24,000 nt of DNA from Candidatus Wolframiiraptor sinensis (lineage in GTDB: Archaea; Thermoproteota; Nitrososphaeria_A; Caldarchaeales; Wolframiiraptoraceae): assembly GCA_023261815.1 (NCBI GenBank), contig JALNKA010000002.1:75745-99744 (forward strand), written 5' to 3'. Below the pieces are notes generated by a model. The model was not told the DNA's origin. It saw nothing but the letters and a program-made list of their open reading frames with translations, and searched no databases. Shown one piece after another: positions 7,255 through 16,701 of this stretch. Every line of letters begins with the position of its first letter. The stretch's first letter is position 1. The translations under genes and the position numbers were made by a program.

Positions 7255-8271
7255 ATGATGCTCCGGGAGTTCGATGCCGGTCCGGGCTCAATTATCCTAG
7301 ACCCGTTCCTAGGCTCGGGCACAACCCTACTGGCTTGCAAAGAGCTCGGCGTGGACGGCGTGGGCATCGACGTGGCCCCGCTCGCAGTCTTCGTGAGCAA
7401 AGTCAAGATAGCGGACTATGATCTGGAGGAGCTTAAGAGGGCCGCGAGCTGGCTCCTAAGCCAGCCATTCCAGAGGCCGGATCTCTCGGGCGTGAGCGGT
7501 TTCGTCAAGCAGTTCTTCCTAAAGCCATCGCTCGAGGACATAATCTTCTTCAGGGAGAAGATTCGCGAGATCGAGAACCCCCTCGTCAGGAACTTCTTCA
7601 CTCTGGCCCTCATGAACGCGGCGATGAAGGTTTCTCTCGCCTACAAGGATGGAGCGGTTTTAAAAGTGGTGAGGGATAAGCCTGTCCCACCCTTCAGGAA
7701 GTTCTTCAAGAGAATGGTCAAGAAGATGATAGGAGATTTGACGAGGCTGAGCTTCAAGCCATGCAGGCTGGAGGTGCATCTCGGCGACGCGAGGAAGATG
7801 GACTTCCTAGAAGATGAGATGTTCGACGCGATAATAACCTCGCCGCCATACCTCAACAAGATCGAGTACACGAAAGTTTACAGGATCGAGTACGAGCTCT
7901 TTTTCGGCGACGTGAAGATAGATCCCATCAGGTCCTATCTCGGGCTGAATCCGAAGAACGTCGTGGACCAGTTTCCGGAGCTGAATCTTCCGGAGATCGC
8001 GAAAGCATACTTCCACGATATGAGGCTCTGCCTCGAGGAGATGTTCAGGGTCCTGAAGCCCGGCGGCAGGGTCGCGCTGGTCGTCGCCGGAGGAGCCTTC
8101 CCGGATAGGGTTGTCGAGTCGGATAAGCTCATCATGAAGCTCGCCGAGATCGTCGGGTTCGAGCCGGAGAGGCTGATCGCCGTGAACAAGAGGGTTGCGA
8201 CAACACGGAGGGTGATAAAAATCGGAGAAGCGAGGGAGAGCATACTGATATTCTCGAAGCCGGCCCCCTAG
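7255..8271 (+). CDS. SAM-dependent DNA methyltransferase (N6-adenine/N4-cytosine type, motif I before motif IV); true start probably 7134 via a frameshift
   Basis: Motif I ILDPFLGSGTT lies only about 14 aa from the track Met. Motif IV DAIITSPPY follows roughly 170 aa later, then RVLKPGGRVALVV. No restriction endonuclease gene is adjacent. Confidence 0.8.
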   Translation: MMLREFDAGPGSIILDPFLGSGTTLLACKELGVDGVGIDVAPLAVFVSKVKIADYDLEELKRAASWLLSQPFQRPDLSGVSGFVKQFFLKPSLEDIIFFREKIREIENPLVRNFFTLALMNAAMKVSLAYKDGAVLKVVRDKPVPPFRKFFKRMVKKMIGDLTRLSFKPCRLEVHLGDARKMDFLEDEMFDAIITSPPYLNKIEYTKVYRIEYELFFGDVKIDPIRSYLGLNPKNVVDQFPELNLPEIAKAYFHDMRLCLEEMFRVLKPGGRVALVVAGGAFPDRVVESDKLIMKLAEIVGFEPERLIAVNKRVATTRRVIKIGEARESILIFSKPAP

Positions 8272-8314
8272 GATTCGGCAATTATCATATTCCTGCGCAT
8301 AATCCTTAAGCGGC

Positions 8315-9214
8315 ATGCGGATAGTGAGCTACGACTTCGGCGATGAGCAGGATTACGGCTTCCTTCTTCCAGGAAATAGCGTGATACCGAGATACTTTGT
8401 CGAGGGAGTTCTCGGCGTGAGCTTACCGAGGGATGTTAAGGCGTTTCTGCCGGACAGGGAGCTAGTGGAGCTCATAAAGTCGATCATAGACAAGATTCCC
8501 GTGGAGGCGATATCATTGGAGGAGCTTCATCTGGGCCCGCCGATACCAAACCCAGGCAAGATAATCTGCCTCGGCTTGAATTATCTCGACCACGCGGAGG
8601 AGGCGGGCCTCGAGCCACCCGAGGGAATGCCCATATTCATGAAGCCCGCGACAGCGCTCACGGGGCCATTCGACCCCATCATAAAGCCGAGGCGCGTCGA
8701 GAAGCTGGACTACGAGGTTGAGCTCGCAGTGGTGATCGCCAGCAGATGCAGAGACATCGAGCCCGAGGAGGCATACGAGAACATTTTCGGCTACATGATC
8801 ATGAACGATGTATCGGCTAGAGACATACAGTTCAGGGATGGCCAGTGGACTCGCGGGAAGATCATGGATACGTTCGCGCCGACCGGCCCATGCCTGGTTT
8901 CCAAGGAGGAGGTGGAAGACCCCCACAACCTCAGGATGCTCACGATCGTTAATGGAGAGATAAGGCAGAACTCCTCCACGTCCAAAATGATAAGGAAGAT
9001 ACCAGAGATAGTCTCGATCCTGAGCCAGGGAATGACCTTCGAGCCGGGGGACATAATAGCTACGGGGACGCCGGCGGGCGTCGGGATATTCCATAAGCCG
9101 GAGCCTAAGCTCCTACAACCAGGAGACGCCGTCGAGATGTGGATCGAGAAGATCGGAACTATGAGAAACCACGTGATCTCGGCTGAATGGGCTTCACACC
9201 TTCCACGCAACTAA
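8315..9214 (+). CDS. Fumarylacetoacetate hydrolase (FAH) family protein
   Basis: 299 aa with KIICLGLNYLDHAEE, PIFMKPATALTGP and DYEVELAVVI, typical of COG0179 FAH-fold hydratases/isomerases. Confidence 0.9.
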   Translation: MRIVSYDFGDEQDYGFLLPGNSVIPRYFVEGVLGVSLPRDVKAFLPDRELVELIKSIIDKIPVEAISLEELHLGPPIPNPGKIICLGLNYLDHAEEAGLEPPEGMPIFMKPATALTGPFDPIIKPRRVEKLDYEVELAVVIASRCRDIEPEEAYENIFGYMIMNDVSARDIQFRDGQWTRGKIMDTFAPTGPCLVSKEEVEDPHNLRMLTIVNGEIRQNSSTSKMIRKIPEIVSILSQGMTFEPGDIIATGTPAGVGIFHKPEPKLLQPGDAVEMWIEKIGTMRNHVISAEWASHLPRN

Positions 9215-9269
9215 TTAGGAGGGAAAAACTATAAGCTCGGAGGAGCCGCGTTTCTAGGCGACTCCTGGG

Positions 9270-10421
9270 ATGAGCTCCCGAAGATTTGACGTGATAGTTG
9301 TTGGCGGGGGGCCTGCTGGCGTTGCGGCGGCGAAGGCTTCAGCTAAAACCGGCGCAAAGACGCTTCTACTGGAGAGGAATCCGGCGATAATGGCCGTGAA
9401 GCCATGCGGTCAAGCCGTCAGCGCGCACACTTTCGAGACCGCCGGGGTTAAGCCGACGTCATCCATGATATTGAATCGCGTGAGCGCAAGGGTGTATGCG
9501 CCGAATGGCAGGAGCGTTAAGATCCCCGAGACCGGATACCTGATAAACAAGACCCTGCTTCTCCAAGAGATCGCGGCCCAGGCAGCGGAATATGGAGCCG
9601 AGATTCACGTAAATGAGCCATTTATCAGCTTTGCTAGAAGAGGGGATATTTTGATCGTGAAGACGCCCAAAGCCGAATACGAGTGCTCGGCATTGATAGG
9701 CGCGGATGGATACAATTCTAGGGTCGCGAGAACCCTCGGCGTCAATGAGAGATCAGAGCCGATTCCGACGCTCCAGTACCTCATGGCCGGATCGAGACTC
9801 GAGAGCATTGACGAGATCAGGATCTATGTCGGGAATGAAATAGCTCCTCGAGGATATGCCTGGCTTTTCCCCTTCAGCGATAGAATAGCTGAGATTGGCC
9901 TCGGGGTTAGAGGCGCGCCCCTCAAGCCATACATGGATAGAGTTCTCAGGATGCTAAAAAGCGAGCTCGGGTCAGCCCAGGTGATAGATAATCGCGGCGC
10001 GCCCGTTCCCGTCGGCGGCGTGATAAGCAAATACATCTTCGATCACGTGATCTTAATCGGCGATGCCGCGGGAATGGTCATACCGATGACCGGCGGGGGA
10101 ATACACTCCTCGATAGCCGCGGGGATTGCCGCCGGAGAAGTGGTGGGGGAAGCCTCTCAGGAAGGAGAGGCATCGGAGAAGAGGCTCAGGAGTTTTGACG
10201 AGAAGTATAGGCCGTGGCTTGAGAGGATAAGAAGGAGCCTCCGAGTGCTGAGAGTCATCGAGGGATTAAGCGACGAGGATCTAAACGAGCTCGCAGAGAT
10301 ACTCGATGACGAGGATATAGTGGATCTCGCGAACGGCCTTAACGTGGGGAGGGTTGCGAGGAAGCTCCTAAGCCACCCGAGGCTCGCCGTGAAGCTGGCG
10401 AGGCAGCTTCTCAGCATCTAG
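9270..10421 (+). CDS. Geranylgeranyl reductase family FAD-dependent oxidoreductase (paralog 1)
   Basis: 383 aa with FDVIVVGGGPAGVAAA (FAD fold), KPCGQAVS (conserved Cys context), GDAAGMVIPMTGGGI and a helical C-terminal extension. Confidence 0.85.
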   Translation: MSSRRFDVIVVGGGPAGVAAAKASAKTGAKTLLLERNPAIMAVKPCGQAVSAHTFETAGVKPTSSMILNRVSARVYAPNGRSVKIPETGYLINKTLLLQEIAAQAAEYGAEIHVNEPFISFARRGDILIVKTPKAEYECSALIGADGYNSRVARTLGVNERSEPIPTLQYLMAGSRLESIDEIRIYVGNEIAPRGYAWLFPFSDRIAEIGLGVRGAPLKPYMDRVLRMLKSELGSAQVIDNRGAPVPVGGVISKYIFDHVILIGDAAGMVIPMTGGGIHSSIAAGIAAGEVVGEASQEGEASEKRLRSFDEKYRPWLERIRRSLRVLRVIEGLSDEDLNELAEILDDEDIVDLANGLNVGRVARKLLSHPRLAVKLARQLLSI

Positions 10422-11518
10422 CGGCGCACCCCGAATATGGATGATGCTTGAAAATCCATGTCGCCCATCCTCGAGAAGTAGAAGCACCCGATTCTCGATG
10501 TCGCGAGAATTACTAGAAGATCGAGGAGAGGAGAGCTTATTTTCCCGATCAGCCTCCGGAGGAGCGCTATTCTCTTAAGCTCTCCGATGATCCAGGCGGC
10601 CTCGGCGAGGGACTTCTCCGGCGATTCGCCTCTGAGGCTCATCGCGATGGCAGATGCGATCTTCGCCGCGATTAGCCCGCCCATTACAACCCCGCCGCCC
10701 GTCGTCGCCTTCACGTGGCCCGCGGCATCACCGACCGGAATAAACCTCGTCGGAAACAGCCTCGTGCTATCAATGGGATAGCCCGTGTAAATTACGTGAG
10801 AAGATGAATTGAGGCGGCGCGCGCTCGGAAACTCTTCTCTCAGAAATCTATCCAGTAGCTTTCTCAATCCGGGAATCCTGGACGCGATGCCGAGCTTGCC
10901 CAGATGATCATTGATGGGTATTAGGTAGGCGAAGAAGTCCGGGAGATAATCCTTCAGGTATATGTACGCGAATCTCGGGTCGAGCCCGTGATCTTCCACG
11001 ATGAGCTGGATTATCGGGATCCATCTCCTCGACTCGGCTCCGGCTCCCAGAAATCTTCTCATTAAGGCCGCTCCAGCTCCCTCGGCATCCACCACCCAAC
11101 ATGCTCGATAAACTCCCTCGCTTGTGATTATTCGAAAGCATTCTCCATCTCTCTCGACATTCCTTACTCTGGCCCCGCGGATTATCTCGGCTCCAGCTCT
11201 CTCAGCCTGCCTCGCGATCTCCGCGTCAAAAAGCCTCCTGCTAACGACCGCCGCCATGGGCCTGCCGGCATCAAGAACTCTCCAGAAACCCGTGGAGCTC
11301 TTTATCGCCGCCCCTCTCACGACATTCTGCAGATATACTCCATTAGCCGGGAGCATCAGCCTCTCGAGTCCTGAGAGGCTTATGAGGCCCGCGCATCTCT
11401 CCGGCTCACCTATTTCCACGTGCTCCTCGAACACCATCACCTCGGCGCCCGCCCTCGCCGCCTCCCGAGCAGCTATCAAGCCCGCTGGCCCTCCCCCGAC
11501 CACGGCCATCTCAATCAT
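10418..11518 (-). CDS. Geranylgeranyl reductase family FAD-dependent oxidoreductase (paralog 2)
   Basis: 366 aa with MAVVGGGPAGLIAA, ERCAGLIS and GDAAGHVKATTGGGV. It is convergent with paralog 1 and their stop codons overlap in CTAG. Confidence 0.85.
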   Translation of the reverse strand: MIEMAVVGGGPAGLIAAREAARAGAEVMVFEEHVEIGEPERCAGLISLSGLERLMLPANGVYLQNVVRGAAIKSSTGFWRVLDAGRPMAAVVSRRLFDAEIARQAERAGAEIIRGARVRNVERDGECFRIITSEGVYRACWVVDAEGAGAALMRRFLGAGAESRRWIPIIQLIVEDHGLDPRFAYIYLKDYLPDFFAYLIPINDHLGKLGIASRIPGLRKLLDRFLREEFPSARRLNSSSHVIYTGYPIDSTRLFPTRFIPVGDAAGHVKATTGGGVVMGGLIAAKIASAIAMSLRGESPEKSLAEAAWIIGELKRIALLRRLIGKISSPLLDLLVILATSRIGCFYFSRMGDMDFQASSIFGVRR

Positions 11519-11613
11519 TTTTCAGAACCTCTCGTCGGGATACCATTTTATGGGCCTTACTCATGTCTGTTGTGATTATTGAGTCATCCCTCTGTCTCTA
11601 CCTCGCATGGATA

Positions 11614-11629
11614 CTCTATCCTCTATCCT
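11614..11629 (+). repeat. 7-bp tandem repeat CTCTATC x2 plus partial copy, inside a GGATA/TATCC-rich patch
   Basis: Positions 11614-11620 equal 11621-11627, followed by CT. GGATA-CTC-TATCC (11610-11622) forms a small inverted repeat. Confidence 0.8.
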
Positions 11630-11829
11630 AAGATCCTTTCCTGGCTCGACTATTATCCCCTGGAAGTATTTTAGGTAGGGAGATATAATCCAGTAGAACT
11701 CCAATATTTCTAACCCCTCATAATACTCGCCACTCTAACATCACCAATCCCGCATCCATAACATAAAAACGTTCATTTACCCCCCATGTTCACTTTCATC
11801 ATACTCCCAAACTCTTAAGCCTCTGTGAG

Positions 11830-11838
11830 AATATTTTT
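11830..11838 (+). promoter_or_regulatory. TATA-like box (AATATTTTT) for the ORFan
   Basis: Centred about 27 nt upstream of the in-frame ATG at 11862, matching the leaderless geometry seen at other genes here. Confidence 0.35.
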
Positions 11839-11849
11839 CCTGCGATGCG

Positions 11850-12140
11850 GTGATGATTAGAATGATTTTCATCAACATGACGTGGAACTCCAAACCGCGT
11901 ACATGCTACGATCCAGATGGAGTTAGGCTCTTTGAGGTAAATGATCTCAGGAGGCTCATAAAGGAATATGACGAAGTTTACCTTGGTGGTTCGCTCTTTC
12001 CGAATGCGATACCTCAGCTGAGGGCGCTGATAGACAATGGCGCAAACTCATCTTACTTTAACAGGTCGTGGACGTGGAAAAGATGGTGTAATAAGTATGC
12101 TGATGCACTAAGGAGCGTATTAAAAAAAGAGATTGCTTAG
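11850..12140 (+). CDS. Hypothetical small protein (ORFan, ~92-96 aa); the likely start is ATG 11862
   Basis: It is the only ORF of 60 aa or more with a promoter-like element in a ~1-kb low-GC region. The product is Trp-rich and basic (..TWNSKPRTCYDPDGVRLFEVNDLRRLIKEYDEVYLGGSLF..) and I recognise no family. Confidence 0.35.
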   Translation: MMIRMIFINMTWNSKPRTCYDPDGVRLFEVNDLRRLIKEYDEVYLGGSLFPNAIPQLRALIDNGANSSYFNRSWTWKRWCNKYADALRSVLKKEIA

Positions 12141-12512
12141 AAATTCTGAAGGCTTGCAATCAATTTGCGATGCAGTCAATGCTGATGGAGGAGGTAGGAT
12201 AAAGGCCCTGATGAGACCTGTAGTCGATATTTTAGGGCTCCCCTCGTAGGAGTGATGGATACCATAGTGCAGGCGAAGGGCCGTCCAAAATGCTTCCTCC
12301 ATCCCATCATTCTCCTTTCCTTTAACCTGTTACTCATTCCAGTTAGAACCGTCTAGGGACGATTCATTCAAAGCTACTCCTTGGGCTCATAAGGGGGAGA
12401 ATATATAGGCACAGGTATAGGTATATTATGTAGACAAATGATTTAGGGTGAGATCGTAGGCAAGAAAAAGGAAAATATCGCGTTGATCCAGAGTTTAACG
12501 CTATCCTGAGAG

Positions 12513-12806
12513 GTGGGCGTGGAGGCTTTGAAGCTGGCTCGCGCGCACGTGATAATAACCGGGAAGGTTCAAGGGGTTTTTTACCGGGTTAGCGCGAAAA
12601 AAACCGCGGATAAGTTCGGCGTGAAGGGCTGGATAAGGAACCTGCCGGATGGCAGGGTCGAGGCGGTTTTTGAGGGCGAAGAAGACGCCGTGAAGCGCAT
12701 GATATCATGGTGCTGGGTCGGGCCCCCGGGAGCAAAAGTGATAAGCATAGACGTCGAGTGGGAGGAGTATCTCGGCGAATACAAGGACTTCCGCATACTC
12801 TACTAG
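12513..12806 (+). CDS. acyP: Acylphosphatase
   Basis: 97 aa with VQGVFYR and GWIRNLPDGRVEAVFEG signature motifs. GTG start within GAGGTGGGCGTG; GTG 12519 is an alternative. Confidence 0.9.
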   Translation: MGVEALKLARAHVIITGKVQGVFYRVSAKKTADKFGVKGWIRNLPDGRVEAVFEGEEDAVKRMISWCWVGPPGAKVISIDVEWEEYLGEYKDFRILY

Positions 12807-12823
12807 AGAGCTGGAGCGGATTC

Positions 12824-12840
12824 GAGCACCTCCGGTGCTC
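12824..12840 (+). terminator. Perfect 7-bp stem / 3-nt loop hairpin (GAGCACC-TCC-GGTGCTC) after acyP
   Basis: It lies 18 nt after the acyP stop and just before the TTAATATAT box of the next gene. No U-tract follows, so a terminator role is uncertain. Confidence 0.25.
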
Positions 12841-12878
12841 AAGCTTAATATATCGGGCTCAATTTCAGCCTCCTGAGA

Positions 12879-13607
12879 ATGCTAGCGAGAAAGCAGTCGT
12901 TAAAGGCCGCGGAGATTGCTCTCTCAACAGCCCTAGTCCTAGCGGCCACAATCATGGTGAATGTCTACGTTCCCGCGACCAGGGGGTACTTCAACCTCGG
13001 CGAAACCATGATCTACCTTGTCGCGCTCCTCTTTAACCCGTTCACCGCGGCGTTCGCGGGAGGAGTGGGCTCCGCCTTAGCGGACATAATACTGGGTTAC
13101 ACGATCTACGCGCCGGCAACTCTCGTTATTAAGGCGGTGGAGGGGGCAGTGGCATCAGCGCTGTTTCGCAGGCTGAGGGTTGGAGGGAGGGTTGGAGGGC
13201 GAGCTCTCCTGGCCCTCTCCACGGGCACAGTCCTCGCGTACTCACTCCTGATCCTGATAATCGGTTACACGATCTTCGTCGGTGAGGTGGAGTTGACGCT
13301 CTCCGAGTTCCTGAGGCTCAGGGGCTTCATAGACCCCGTCATATGGACTTTCATCGCATCGGCCTTAATCGCGACGCCGATCTACGTGCTCGTCAGGAAG
13401 AGGGGCGAGATAGGGCTCATCCTGCTATCACTGCTCTTCGCGGGATCGATAATGATTCTGGGATACTATCTCTACGAGCAGCTTATTCTGGGATACTATG
13501 CCTTGGCTGAGGTTCCAGTAAACCTAGGGCAGGTAATATTGGGCATCGCCGTCGCAATACCAACGTATATGCTGGTGAGAAGGCACATCCAACGATCCGC
13601 GGAATAG
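12879..13607 (+). CDS. Integral membrane protein resembling an ECF-transporter S component (substrate unknown)
   Basis: 242 aa with about 6 TM helices. The segment GETMIYLVALLFNPFTAAFAGGVGSALADIILGY resembles S components. No EcfA/EcfT genes are adjacent. Confidence 0.5.
   Translation: MLARKQSLKAAEIALSTALVLAATIMVNVYVPATRGYFNLGETMIYLVALLFNPFTAAFAGGVGSALADIILGYTIYAPATLVIKAVEGAVASALFRRLRVGGRVGGRALLALSTGTVLAYSLLILIIGYTIFVGEVELTLSEFLRLRGFIDPVIWTFIASALIATPIYVLVRKRGEIGLILLSLLFAGSIMILGYYLYEQLILGYYALAEVPVNLGQVILGIAVAIPTYMLVRRHIQRSAE
13176..13199 (+). repeat. Perfect in-frame 12-bp tandem duplication (AGGGTTGGAGGG x2) encoding RVGG-RVGG
   Basis: Positions 13176-13187 equal 13188-13199 exactly. It begins on a codon boundary of the 12879 ORF. 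Confidence 0.95.
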
Positions 13608-13648
13608 TTATAAGATCCGCGACCCCATCCTTCTTCGGAGTGGTCTAG

Positions 13649-16596
<2,948 letters not shown>

Positions 16597-16701
16597 AGAT
16601 AAAAGTGGTGATCAATGATTAGACAAAATTTTTCCGCCGAGCCCGGGGGAGGATAATACTTAAAGCTAGCGCCACAGAAAATAGTCTTCCGGTGTCCATT
16701 T

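Noticed and set aside
8150-8166. A tRNA T-loop-like GGGTTCGAGCC.
   Set aside because: It lies inside the methyltransferase CDS, the flanking bases do not form a T-stem, and no acceptor or anticodon arms are present.
11816-11826. Minus-strand ACAGAGGCUUA, resembling the RNase P RNA CR-V motif (ACAGAAnnnGGCUUA).
   Set aside because: The spacing is 3-4 nt too short. No CR-I (GGAAAGUCC) partner lies at an appropriate distance; the nearest look-alike, GGAAAGAGC, is inside the ORFan. The region is A/T-rich and not foldable into P1-P4 by eye.
12204-12239. A hammerhead-ribozyme-like word, CUGAUGAG, followed by a GAC...GUC mini-stem and enclosed by a GGCCCU/AGGGCU stem.
   Set aside because: After the putative stem II the sequence is GAUA, not the invariant GAAA. 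No cleavage-site triplet or stem III arrangement can be drawn, so this is most likely a chance occurrence of CUGAUGA.
11538-12268. Possible att-like direct repeats flanking the low-GC island (GGATACCAT at 11539-11547 and 12256-12264; CTATCCT at 11616, 11623 and 12501).
   Set aside because: The repeats are only 7-9 bp long, not at symmetric boundary positions, and within what chance would give for 1 kb of biased composition. No integrase or tRNA target is present.
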